Program-made: the position numbers and the translations under genes | Notes under the pieces: model-generated | What the model saw: the letters and a program-made list of their open reading frames with translations, nothing else | Told to the model about the DNA's origin: nothing | The model's database searches: none | In this document: in pieces, positions 19,617 to 28,860 of the stretch | Layout of the letters: every line of letters begins with the position of its first letter | How positions within the stretch are numbered: the first letter of the stretch is position 1 | Virus record (IMG/VR): IMGVR_UViG_3300030380_000823 | Coordinates: 1 to 56,781 of that record | Reading direction: 5' to 3' (one strand) | Source: a virus | Taxonomy: Duplodnaviria > Caudoviricetes | DNA: 56,781 nucleotides

Positions 19617-20366
19617 CTAGTCATCCCAACCGTCAACAATGGCACTCAGATCGTCGTCATCTTCCTTGGGTGCGGGGGCAGATTTCTTTACGACCTTCTT
19701 GGGTTCCTCCACTTCGGAGGTATCTGGCTCATCACCAAATATATCGTCAGAGTCATCGTCGTCTAACGCGACATCGGTGCTCTTGACACTGCTAGTAGTA
19801 TCATTAAACGGGTTATCAGGTTGTGCTACGAAGCCGCCTTCCACAACACCGAAGGGCGAACGTGACACCATCGGCACGTATTCGATCACCTGTACGCCGT
19901 TCAGACGCAGGCTAACGCCGTTATCACGCATAGAGTACGGTACGAAAGAGAAGGCAAGGTTCACGGTGCTGCCGCTGGTCAACTGAAAGTCCGCTGGCAG
20001 TTTGTTGTTCTGCGCGTCCACTTGTAGTGGTGGCGTGGTCTTGTCGGTGCCATAAGCACCTTTCAACTTGGCCTTACCGACGTAGTTACCGTCATCGTCC
20101 TTCTTGAACGGTAGGGCAAACTTGTCAGGCCAGCTCTTTTCTTTCTTGGCTTTGTAAGCCGTTGCCATTGCCTTGTACAAGGCTTTAGCTTCGCTTTCAG
20201 ACATCACAAAGGACATCTCGTATGCCGCGCCGTCATCCAGCGGGTCACACTTAACAGACCCACCCTTACCGCCGTTCGCTTTGTTATCGAACTTGTAGGT
20301 AGCGTCGAGTCTTGGGTAGAGAGCTTTCACGCCCTCAATTGTGTAGTACATATTCGCTTCAGCCAT
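19617..20366 (-). CDS. Single-stranded DNA-binding protein, T7 gp2.5-like
   Basis: SGSTVNL...GVSLRLNGVQVIE motif; acidic C-terminal tail ending GWDD. Confidence 0.7.
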   Translation of the reverse strand: MAEANMYYTIEGVKALYPRLDATYKFDNKANGGKGGSVKCDPLDDGAAYEMSFVMSESEAKALYKAMATAYKAKKEKSWPDKFALPFKKDDDGNYVGKAKLKGAYGTDKTTPPLQVDAQNNKLPADFQLTSGSTVNLAFSFVPYSMRDNGVSLRLNGVQVIEYVPMVSRSPFGVVEGGFVAQPDNPFNDTTSSVKSTDVALDDDDSDDIFGDEPDTSEVEEPKKVVKKSAPAPKEDDDDLSAIVDGWDD

Positions 20367-21033
20367 TGTTGGTCTCCTTACTTTGGCTAGTTATCGTGAA
20401 CCCTTCAGTCGCAGCGAAGGGCGAACCTTCGCGGTTGTGTGGAACAATGTCGAAAGCAATCGCTGCTAACGTGTCATCTGCATCCACCATCAATTTAACT
20501 TCTTGTAGTTCCTCTTCTTCTAATGGTCGTTGTGGGTAGAAGAACAGCTTTGGCACAGGGCTACCCGCATCAAAACTAATCCTTGTCACTACCGCCGCAC
20601 TCGGCGTCCCGTGCCCACTCAAAAACTTGGCATAAGCCTGTAGAGGCATAGAGCTTCTACCTTGAGCTTTGCCAAATATGGACGAGGCAGGTACTTGTAG
20701 TTGATACACTGTGTCTAACGCTTGTTCTTCAACAACAGCTAAACGCTGGCTAAACCTACAAGCCCTACCCCCTCCATTGCCAGAACCTCGGACATTCTGC
20801 GTGCAGTCGATGCAGCGCGTACTCTGTCTCTGGCTCGGCGGCACCTCGGGAGCTGGTCTCTGGGTATCGCTAGACCAACATGTCGGAAGCCGCTTGGCGT
20901 TAGGATCGTAGTCGTCTTTGTAAAATGCGCGGGATACTACCGCTGCATTCACAATAACCACGTCCATAACTGTGCTATCCGACTGAATGTCTAACCCAGT
21001 GAACTTGCTACCCTGTATACTGATTCGGCGCAT
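20359..21033 (-). CDS. Cys-containing ssDNA-binding / annealing-like protein
   Basis: PTCWS, CIDC, GSG-x3-RACRF and PKLFF motifs common in phage replication modules. Confidence 0.55.
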   Translation of the reverse strand: MRRISIQGSKFTGLDIQSDSTVMDVVIVNAAVVSRAFYKDDYDPNAKRLPTCWSSDTQRPAPEVPPSQRQSTRCIDCTQNVRGSGNGGGRACRFSQRLAVVEEQALDTVYQLQVPASSIFGKAQGRSSMPLQAYAKFLSGHGTPSAAVVTRISFDAGSPVPKLFFYPQRPLEEEELQEVKLMVDADDTLAAIAFDIVPHNREGSPFAATEGFTITSQSKETNNG

Positions 21034-21308
21034 TAAATGTCCGCATCAGGGTCGAATGCCGATGGATCAAAGTCTGCGGTGTCTGGCACATCAGCCAGAT
21101 CTACACCACCTACCATTGGGCCATCATCTTCTGAGTCACCTTTTAGCAAAGCCTCTGCGATGCTCGCCAAAGCGAACCGCTGCGTTTTACCCACTTTTAT
21201 GTAGGTGTTACTCGGTATGACCCCATCCCGCACCCATTTACGGGTCGTGGATAATGACACACCAAAGTGCTTTGCAACATCCTCAATCGGAACTAATTGC
21301 TCCATCAT
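21033..21308 (-). CDS. Excisionase/MerR-like HTH DNA-binding protein
   Basis: IEDVAKHFGVSLSTTRKWVRDGVIP. Confidence 0.75.
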   Translation of the reverse strand: MMEQLVPIEDVAKHFGVSLSTTRKWVRDGVIPSNTYIKVGKTQRFALASIAEALLKGDSEDDGPMVGGVDLADVPDTADFDPSAFDPDADI

Positions 21309-21715
21309 GCCTTCCTTATCGTGAGCGCGTATTCTGAGTCTACGTTCAAGCCCTTTGGCAGAAGATCTGGGTTTTCCTCAAGGAACTCCCGTACGTTCTT
21401 CTGATTTAGGCGCTTATCTAAGAACTCAGGTACACCATGCTCAAGGATAAACTCGTGCATGTGTTCCCAATCGCTAGTCCAATACTTCTGCTTGACCGTA
21501 CGATAAAACGTACCAGCATCTGTTTTGACACTCTTGATGTCGTTCTCTTTTAAGTAGCTCAGTAGCGCACTTTTTATTTTGTTTTGCTGATTGACTAGCT
21601 TGTCATCAGCCTCCTTAAATTCCGCAGATAGGCGCTCCCGTTCAGCCTTAATCTTGAGGTAAACCCCAGTCATCTTGCCTAGCGGCACACCGTCTACGTC
21701 TTTTGCATCAGCCAT
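21305..21715 (-). CDS. Conserved phage replication-module protein
   Basis: N-terminal coiled coil, SVKTDAGT, DW, KRLNQ and LPKGL motifs. Confidence 0.6.
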   Translation of the reverse strand: MADAKDVDGVPLGKMTGVYLKIKAERERLSAEFKEADDKLVNQQNKIKSALLSYLKENDIKSVKTDAGTFYRTVKQKYWTSDWEHMHEFILEHGVPEFLDKRLNQKNVREFLEENPDLLPKGLNVDSEYALTIRKA

Positions 21716-21766
21716 GATCTTCGTCCTTCCATTGCCGAGAAAGGTAATATAGTGGTAGGTAATGGC

Positions 21767-23302
21767 TTAATCAAGTATTTCTTTGTAAAGATCAATAATT
21801 TTTGTATGTGTGTCTATTTTGTTATCTAGTAATGCGTACACGCGCTTTTCTATGTGAGATCCTTGTAGCTGTACCACTGTACACTTATGATCTTGCCCCG
21901 CTCTGTGGATACGTGCGTTGGCCTGTGCATAGGTTTCTACTGAACTGGTTGGCCCCCACCACACGATTGTGTTCGCAGCGGTCAGCGTAACGCCGTGTGC
22001 CGCAGCCTGTGGCTGGATGACCAGCACTCGTGGGGTATCTGTCTCTTGGAACTCTTTGAATATGCGCGTGCGCTCGGTGGCACTGACAGCCCCGCTAATT
22101 ACCTCGGTAGGTATCTTGTCCTTACGTAGTTTGTCAGTAAGTAGCTGGATCGTATGCTTGAACGGCACGAACACGAGTACCTTCTTACTGGACTCGTCAA
22201 TTACCTCACGTAGCACTTTGTATCGGTGCTTGATGTCGAACTCCACCACCTCATTGTCATCGGTGTACACCGCACCAGAACTGATTTGTAGCAGCTTATT
22301 CATGTTGACCGCTGCCGTAGCTGCCGTGACTGTCTCTTCCGCAGCCTCCATGACCATGCGGTTCTTCAGCTCTTTGTAGTATTTCTCTTGCTGGCGTGTC
22401 AGCGGTACTTCGCGGTTGGTGTACACCATGTCAGGTAGATCCAGACACTCTTCCTTCGTGTACCGTATGGCTGGTTGTAGTGCGCCGAACACTATCTCGG
22501 TAGCCTCCGGCTTAGGTACCCATTTGAAGTTGGTCACTTTGTACATTACCTGATCGCGGAACGAACCAAAGAAGCGTGGCACAGCTTTCGGGTTAACAAG
22601 TTTAGCCAGACCGTACGCATCCAGCGGACTCTGTGCAGCGGGTGTACCCGTCATCATCCACAGCCACGTATCAGGGCTGAGTAGCTTGTTGAGTGTCTTC
22701 CACCTGTCAGTCTGGGCATTCTTGTAGTGCGTGGCCTCGTCCACAATCACTAGGTCAAACCCACCGTTGGCTATGGCATCCGCTACAATTGCCACACCGT
22801 CATAATTTATTACCACGAATTCCGCATCGCTTTCGATTACAGCGGTTCTCTTCTTCGCTGAACCGTGGGCTATATCTACCTTGCGGTGCATAGCGAAGCT
22901 GAACAGATCTTCTCGCCATGCCGAATCCATAATAGATAAAGGGCAGATGACCAGAGCGCGTTTGATACGGCCTTGCTTCATTAGGAAGTCCGCTGCCCAG
23001 ATAGCACTAGCGGTCTTGCCCGTACCCTGTTCGTTGAAACAGAACGCACGTTTGTTGAGTGTCAGGAACCCAGCCGTGGTCTTTTGATGCTCGAACGGTT
23101 TGTACTTGCCCGTCCACTTATACTTACCTTCGATGGGCGATGGCGCGTTGATGTTTAGATTCTTGAGTACGTGGGCCTCGTCTACGCCCCAGTTAACCAC
23201 CACACGGTTACCTGATAACTCCTTACTCTTTGGTATAACCTCGGTAACTTTCCGTGGGTCACGTAGCCGCAATAGCAGCGCCTTGTTATCTATTACTTTC
23301 AT
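21767..23302 (-). CDS. SNF2-family helicase
   Basis: QGTGKT, VDEATH, MTGTP, HGVTLT and QANARIHRAGQ motifs. Confidence 0.9.
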   Translation of the reverse strand: MKVIDNKALLLRLRDPRKVTEVIPKSKELSGNRVVVNWGVDEAHVLKNLNINAPSPIEGKYKWTGKYKPFEHQKTTAGFLTLNKRAFCFNEQGTGKTASAIWAADFLMKQGRIKRALVICPLSIMDSAWREDLFSFAMHRKVDIAHGSAKKRTAVIESDAEFVVINYDGVAIVADAIANGGFDLVIVDEATHYKNAQTDRWKTLNKLLSPDTWLWMMTGTPAAQSPLDAYGLAKLVNPKAVPRFFGSFRDQVMYKVTNFKWVPKPEATEIVFGALQPAIRYTKEECLDLPDMVYTNREVPLTRQQEKYYKELKNRMVMEAAEETVTAATAAVNMNKLLQISSGAVYTDDNEVVEFDIKHRYKVLREVIDESSKKVLVFVPFKHTIQLLTDKLRKDKIPTEVISGAVSATERTRIFKEFQETDTPRVLVIQPQAAAHGVTLTAANTIVWWGPTSSVETYAQANARIHRAGQDHKCTVVQLQGSHIEKRVYALLDNKIDTHTKIIDLYKEILD

Positions 23303-23416
23303 TCACCCTTCCATGCAAAAAAGCGCGAAGTGGGTGTCCACTACACGCGGTTAAGAAACCCCGCCATACGACCACACCGGACGGGAACGGTGCCAACAGG
23401 CAGGAAGTGCCTTGGC

Positions 23417-23518
23417 CTAAACTGTTATTAACACAGTAAGAAGAAAAGACAGTACGTTGATCGCTACAATAATACCGATACCGACCAGTACACCTGTCTT
23501 TACGTCTTCCTTACTCAC
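23417..23518 (-). CDS. 33-aa single-pass membrane peptide (not in ORF track)
   Basis: MSKEDVKTGVLVGIGIIVAINVLSFLLTVLITV*; GTGA overlap with the upstream stop. Confidence 0.55.
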   Translation of the reverse strand: MSKEDVKTGVLVGIGIIVAINVLSFLLTVLITV

Positions 23519-23814
23519 TGTCTACGTCGAGGTCTATGCCCCGCTTTCTTGGGACTCTGCCCGTTACGGCTGCGGTTAGCACTCTTACTTTCTATTCGCA
23601 CACCGTCTTTGTTACTGCCACCACGACTCAACATCTTATTGTGACTGACATCTTTGCCTTCACGCTTATCTGCCTTGCCGTTCTTGTTGGCATCACGGCC
23701 CGTTCTATCCATAGCGCGTCTAGCACGTTGTCTCTCCATCCGTGCTTCATGCGCCTTACTGCCGACAGGAGGGTTCTTCTGTTTCTTACGGTCTGCTTTG
23801 TTCTTGTACGGCAT
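23515..23814 (-). CDS. Small basic HNH-like protein
   Basis: DVSH-x5-GGSN...NRSRN; start MPYKNK coupled to the exonuclease stop. Confidence 0.65.
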   Translation of the reverse strand: MPYKNKADRKKQKNPPVGSKAHEARMERQRARRAMDRTGRDANKNGKADKREGKDVSHNKMLSRGGSNKDGVRIESKSANRSRNGQSPKKAGHRPRRRQ

Positions 23815-24485
23815 TAGTTCTTTCCGTTGTGTGGGCACTCCAACACAGGGCACCATGCTTTACACAGCCCGCTAGGGTTGGGGTTCCACGTATCGTTGTC
23901 AAAAGCTGTTTCCATGTCGCTGTATTTACTCAGCCACTTAGTCCACAACCTATCCTCTTCTTCTATCGTGTAGCGATCTCGTATCAGATCATTACTTACT
24001 ACAAACAACAGCCCAGCCCGAACGGTCTCCACCTCGGGGTAGTGCTTGAAGGTAGCCAGAGCCATAAGTTCTAGCTGCCCTTTGTCAGCATATCTTGCCG
24101 ACTTGCCGGTCTTGTAGTCAATCACCCATGCAAGATTGTCTTCGCGGTTCAAGATCACAAGATCGGCAATGCCTCGGAACCAAACGTCGGAGTCAAAGAA
24201 GCTACACGCTTCCAAGTCTTTGGTCAGGCCCATCTTGATCTCGCACAGCTTCTCGCCTTTCTTGGCGTTGAGTGCGTCTAACGCGCCTTGAGCGTAGCTG
24301 AACCGTGGATCTAGCTCACCACCGTCGCGGATGTAAGTCTCCGCAGCTTCGTGAAAAGCTGTTCCATACAGTGTCGCTTCAGACTCCTTGAACGGGTACT
24401 GCTTGAGTACCTTCTCGTGGTAGAACTGTTTAGGGCACTGCTGGAACGCCTTTATCTTACTGAATGACCACGGTGCTACGCTCAC
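23814..24485 (-). CDS. PD-(D/E)XK Cas4/RecB-like exonuclease
   Basis: WSFS..CP, GTAFH, RGIAD, IDYKTGK, QL and C-terminal C-x3-C-x4-C. Confidence 0.85.
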   Translation of the reverse strand: MSVAPWSFSKIKAFQQCPKQFYHEKVLKQYPFKESEATLYGTAFHEAAETYIRDGGELDPRFSYAQGALDALNAKKGEKLCEIKMGLTKDLEACSFFDSDVWFRGIADLVILNREDNLAWVIDYKTGKSARYADKGQLELMALATFKHYPEVETVRAGLLFVVSNDLIRDRYTIEEEDRLWTKWLSKYSDMETAFDNDTWNPNPSGLCKAWCPVLECPHNGKN

Positions 24486-24493
24486 AAACTACC

Positions 24494-24988
24494 TCATACT
24501 GTTAGCTTCAAGATCACGTAAAACAATACTATAGCACAAGAAGTACCAAGCAACGCACCAAGATACTCCCGTGCGAATTGCGAAGAAGTATTCGGCTGTT
24601 CCGCAATAGCCGCAGTCCTAGCTTGTTGCCGGTCTTTCTTAACCTTGTACTTACGGGCAGTGTCCGCGTTCCTTTCAACAATCGCTCTATGTTCTTCGGA
24701 CGTTGCCAGTCGGTAGTTATCCTTACTTACCCGTACAAAGTACCCCTTACTGGTGGCGCTTTGACTAATCCAATCACGTAGCTGCTGCCTGTTTTTGGGT
24801 CTGGTTTTTAAGTCTGAGGCAGGAACCATTCTCCAAATCGCTGTTAACGAGGCACTACCGCCCAGACTAGACATTATGTCGTACAGGTGCGCTGACCTAC
24901 TGCTTTTTTTGACTGGGCGAGGAGCAAGCTGCTCTGCACGGTCTTCAGTAGTTTTGGTTCCAAACATATTTTTTACTTTCGTATCCAT
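24494..24988 (-). CDS. Hypothetical protein: possible winged helix plus C-terminal transmembrane anchor
   Basis: Start coupled to the polA stop (TAATG); basic helical core with YFVRVSKDNYRL wing; hydrophobic C-terminus. Confidence 0.5.
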   Translation of the reverse strand: MDTKVKNMFGTKTTEDRAEQLAPRPVKKSSRSAHLYDIMSSLGGSASLTAIWRMVPASDLKTRPKNRQQLRDWISQSATSKGYFVRVSKDNYRLATSEEHRAIVERNADTARKYKVKKDRQQARTAAIAEQPNTSSQFAREYLGALLGTSCAIVLFYVILKLTV

Positions 24989-26820
24989 TATTCGCAATCT
25001 CCGTATGCGTTTGCTACACCACTCTCACATTCAAGTGGCAACCCTTCGGCCCATGTCGGGACGTACCTCATGCACTTCTCGACGTACTGCTGGGCTTCTT
25101 CTGCTTCAGACTCAGGTACACATGCGATAACTGAGTCGTGAACTGTAAGTACCGCTCGGTACTTGTTATTTATTAAGAGCATCTGGTCACCTATCACACA
25201 CCGTGCTAAGGCTTGGCAGACATTCTCTATGACTTTACCACCGTAAATCCGCGTCCTACCGTTGCGCGTCTTGTAGCTGTACTCCGTACCTTCAGAGTTA
25301 CGCTCCCCACGTAGATCCTGATAACGCATTAGGAGCTTAGACGGTAGACGTATGGCTTCCCGGTTTCCTATAACTTCAATCACACCCTTCTTACCAAACT
25401 GGTAGTTGTCCCCTCGTTCCATAGCGGCAACCATGTGCTGTGCTTCCCGCCACACATGACTAATTCTCCAGTTTGCATCACGGTAGATGTTTATAATCCG
25501 CCGTGCTTCATCAAGTGATATGTCCGTACCAAAAGATTTCAACTGCGCTTGAAACTTGACGGCACCCATACCATAGCCAGCGCCAAGGATCGTGGTCTTG
25601 CCTACGAACCGCTGGTCTTTTGTTATCTGGTCTTCCGATGTTTCGTAGATCCGTGACGCCATCTTGACGTACACATCTTCTTTGTTACGGAACGCATCGG
25701 TCAGATCATCCTGCCCTGCGAACCATGCCAGCACCCGTGCTTCGATCTGCGACGAGTCGCAATCTATGAGTGTGTATCCGTCAGGCGCGACAATGCTTTT
25801 CTTTAACTTCTTACCGTTTGGCCCACGGCTAGGTAGGTTCTGTAGGTTGATCTTGTCATCCCCACCCCACCTACCAGTGTGTGCCGCATAGTACCGAACA
25901 GGAACCGGCAGAGTGCCGCGACCTGCTATGTCTATGAACCGCTGCGTACGAGTCTCTTCCAACGTACTCTTGTTGCCTAGCCTAGCAGCCGCTAGTGCCT
26001 GCACTTCTGGGTTTTCGTGCGTTATAAGGCTCTTGAATCCGTCGTCTGTCTTTGCGAATGCGTAAGCCTCTTTGCCCGTAGTGGGGCTGACCTTGATAGG
26101 TGGTTCGACACCTTTGGAGCGCAGCAGATCAGCAAACTTATCGTTACTCATCAGCTCTTTCTTGTCAGCCACGCCAGCATCACATAACAACTTATCTTTA
26201 TGGAGCTTGATGTCGTATAGGTGATCCTCAAGTAAATCGCAATCTAGCTCCAGCATAGGATGTATAAACATCCGTAACGTGCAGTCGATGATCCTGAGTT
26301 CTTTCTTAGGAAAGCCTTGCTTCAGCAACCGGTTAAACAGCTTGTAGGTAAGCTCTACATCATTAATGCAGTAGTCACCGTAGCTGTCTAACTCGTCATC
26401 AGTGAAGTCTAGGCGACGTTTTCCTAGAGCGTTGAGTATCTCAGTGCCCTTAACGCCTAAATTATACCGTTCCGCGAGCGCCTTGAGACTTCCACCAACT
26501 TCCACCCCATGTACAGCACGGGCAATACAAAGAGTATCAGCCCAAACCCGAGGGCGAATATCAAATAGCCAAGATAATATAGCGCCATCGAACATAGTGT
26601 TGTGAGCCAGCACCATACTGTTAGCCCAGTCAAACCCGTCAAAGTACCTTTTAAGCTCTTCGTGCGTTCCAGAAGCCCACTCCGTGTCACCATTATTTAC
26701 CTTTATCCCTACGCCTACGATCTCAAAACGCGGATCGCGTACGTACTCTTCGGTTGTCATTTTTGTTAGTGAGAAGTCCTTACTATAGAACGTCTCAAAA
26801 TCCAAAGTTATAAGCTGCAT
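24988..26820 (-). CDS. polA: DNA polymerase family A with 3'-5' exonuclease
   Basis: LDFET (ExoI), AHNTMFD (ExoII), DSSQIEARVLAW (motif A), RFVGKTTILGAGYG (motif B), TVHDS (motif C). Confidence 0.95.
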   Translation of the reverse strand: MQLITLDFETFYSKDFSLTKMTTEEYVRDPRFEIVGVGIKVNNGDTEWASGTHEELKRYFDGFDWANSMVLAHNTMFDGAILSWLFDIRPRVWADTLCIARAVHGVEVGGSLKALAERYNLGVKGTEILNALGKRRLDFTDDELDSYGDYCINDVELTYKLFNRLLKQGFPKKELRIIDCTLRMFIHPMLELDCDLLEDHLYDIKLHKDKLLCDAGVADKKELMSNDKFADLLRSKGVEPPIKVSPTTGKEAYAFAKTDDGFKSLITHENPEVQALAAARLGNKSTLEETRTQRFIDIAGRGTLPVPVRYYAAHTGRWGGDDKINLQNLPSRGPNGKKLKKSIVAPDGYTLIDCDSSQIEARVLAWFAGQDDLTDAFRNKEDVYVKMASRIYETSEDQITKDQRFVGKTTILGAGYGMGAVKFQAQLKSFGTDISLDEARRIINIYRDANWRISHVWREAQHMVAAMERGDNYQFGKKGVIEVIGNREAIRLPSKLLMRYQDLRGERNSEGTEYSYKTRNGRTRIYGGKVIENVCQALARCVIGDQMLLINNKYRAVLTVHDSVIACVPESEAEEAQQYVEKCMRYVPTWAEGLPLECESGVANAYGDCE

Positions 26821-27329
26821 TAGCTTTGTTCCTTTTGTTTAGTAACCTCAAACACCTTGTCTTTCTTTTTCTGATAGATGTTAAGGGTGTATCTCGGTTC
26901 CTTTGTTTTGTTGTGGTAAAAATGTAACTGGCCCGTGTTGCGCCATGTCACCAAGCGGTTAGGACGCCAGACAATTTCCTCCATAACCTTGCCCTGATCG
27001 CCCCTGTCTTCTTTCAAGAAATACGTCCCGTTACCAATCTTTGGGCGCAGGTACACCACAGAGCTAACTAACTTGCTTGGGTGGTCGTAGTGTAGGTGGT
27101 ATTGGTATTCTGGCCCACAGCGTACAACACCCGCTGAGAAGAACCCCTCGGCCTTGGCTACCTTATCTTCGTAGCACTGCTTGATTCCCTGACACACGGA
27201 CTCGTCTAAATCTGCTTCAAACTTTTTCGCTTCTTCCGTCCCATCAATGAATCGGTACGACAAGCTATGGATGTCCCGTATAAGTCTGTCGTAAAGATCA
27301 GGGTATAAGAAGTTATCTACTATCTTCAC
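26820..27329 (-). CDS. 2OG-Fe(II) oxygenase
   Basis: HYD (HxD), VVYL, GT, WRPNRLV, distal His and RYTLN. Confidence 0.8.
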   Translation of the reverse strand: MKIVDNFLYPDLYDRLIRDIHSLSYRFIDGTEEAKKFEADLDESVCQGIKQCYEDKVAKAEGFFSAGVVRCGPEYQYHLHYDHPSKLVSSVVYLRPKIGNGTYFLKEDRGDQGKVMEEIVWRPNRLVTWRNTGQLHFYHNKTKEPRYTLNIYQKKKDKVFEVTKQKEQS

Positions 27330-28045
27330 TTGGCGTTCTCTTTCGCCGCACGTAGCTTAGTCATTAACGCTTTGTACCTTGTGGGCTGACGTACACCGAT
27401 GCTTTGCTGCACGATCTCTAATGGTTGGTCTAACAAGACAGGCCAATCTATGCCTGCAAGCCACTCTGATTTTCTGCCGTGCCAATACGCCTCGAAGGAC
27501 GCGCTAAGGACACCCCAGCCCTTCTTCCTAGCGTGGGTTATGGTCATGGGTATGGTCATTGCGATGATGCCTAGATTCGCAAAGTTACCGTGCAAGAACC
27601 AAAGGAGTACCACCTCACCGAAAGGGTTACGCTCGTAACCGGTGACCGTATGCGTCAGATCATGCTGATCTCTGTACCACTTGATGTAGGTATTAAACCC
27701 TGACTCTGATGGCTTCTCGCCTTTGCCCTTAGTATCCCCCGCAAACTGTGCGGTGGAACGGCTTGTTTCTATTAAGAACTTCGAGTATTCGTTGCCAAGA
27801 CTACCGGCAGGCATAACCCGTAATCTGTACACATCATCTAATACGTTAACCAGAGACTCTCTGCCCGCGATTACACGAGAACCCAAAGGCGTATGTCTGA
27901 ATACATCGTACTGCTTACGCACCGACTTGGTTGACAGCCAGTTAAAAAGGATGAACGCCGCTTCCAGATCATCTGGATCTTTATATAGACGGCGTAACGC
28001 ACCGCCCACTTCACGCCACTTTAGTTTGAACTTTGCTATATCCAC
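27326..28045 (-). CDS. Coq4-like metal-binding protein
   Basis: HDLTH-x11-E signature (HDLTHTVTGYERNPFGE); MPAGSLGNEY. Confidence 0.8.
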   Translation of the reverse strand: MDIAKFKLKWREVGGALRRLYKDPDDLEAAFILFNWLSTKSVRKQYDVFRHTPLGSRVIAGRESLVNVLDDVYRLRVMPAGSLGNEYSKFLIETSRSTAQFAGDTKGKGEKPSESGFNTYIKWYRDQHDLTHTVTGYERNPFGEVVLLWFLHGNFANLGIIAMTIPMTITHARKKGWGVLSASFEAYWHGRKSEWLAGIDWPVLLDQPLEIVQQSIGVRQPTRYKALMTKLRAAKENAK

Positions 28046-28860
28046 TTTTTATACCCCTCAACAATTTGCGGTTTTGCACATGGGACATCACACGATGCAC
28101 AAGGCGCAACAGCATCTCTGTTCCCGTTTATAAGCTCGGTAGAGATACGACGTAGCTCTTCGTTATCGCGCCATTCTCTGAACAGGTTTACATCTTTGAC
28201 GTTGGCGAAGCCGATCTGATGCGACCAATCGTTGCAGCACATCTGCAACTGTCCATCGAAGTTAATGAATATGCCCCTCATGGGATGAACGCATGGCCCC
28301 TTCACAGCAGTACCGCCAGCTATCAACCCAGCCCTGTGATTGAATTGATGCTTCCATCTAATCGGCCTACCCTTCGGGTCAGCATAATCAGGAAGCTCAT
28401 TTACATCCTCAACTGACCCGCCGTCAGGCTTCCAATAGTCCTCAATCCGCTCACCGTTATCTAGGCGTGGGTACTTCGTACGTCTGGCGAAGAAATCTTC
28501 TTCTGTCGTGTAGGTGTTCAGCACAAGGTTGTCTAGCTGACGATAGTATTTCCAGTAACGATCAAGTCTCCAGCCATTAGTTGTTACCTGTGCGCGGTAT
28601 CTTCTGGGCTTACGGAGAAGACGCTGTATTATCTTCTCGAATTTTGGATTGTTGGTGCTTTCCCCTCGACCTGCCAGTATGACAGTACCATCAAAGCGCC
28701 ACTCTTCGATCTGATCCATGATCCGAGCAAACAATTCCAGACTCATGTTCTGGTTGTTGTTGGGGTATATGGACGCATCAGACCGTGGGCAGAACGAACA
28801 GGTACGGTTACACAAATCTGTAATGTTTATATCGACCTGTAGCACACCCTCTAAGTCCAT
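28036..28860 (-). CDS. Radical SAM protein with SPASM/twitch domain
   Basis: CNRTCSFC (CxxxCxxC), GRGES, TTNG, C-terminal CVHP...CCND...CASC. Confidence 0.9.
   Translation of the reverse strand: MDLEGVLQVDINITDLCNRTCSFCPRSDASIYPNNNQNMSLELFARIMDQIEEWRFDGTVILAGRGESTNNPKFEKIIQRLLRKPRRYRAQVTTNGWRLDRYWKYYRQLDNLVLNTYTTEEDFFARRTKYPRLDNGERIEDYWKPDGGSVEDVNELPDYADPKGRPIRWKHQFNHRAGLIAGGTAVKGPCVHPMRGIFINFDGQLQMCCNDWSHQIGFANVKDVNLFREWRDNEELRRISTELINGNRDAVAPCASCDVPCAKPQIVEGYKKWI

Noticed and set aside
21033-21308. Excisionase as evidence of a prophage
   Set aside because: No integrase, att site or flanking host genes; such HTH proteins are common in phage replication modules
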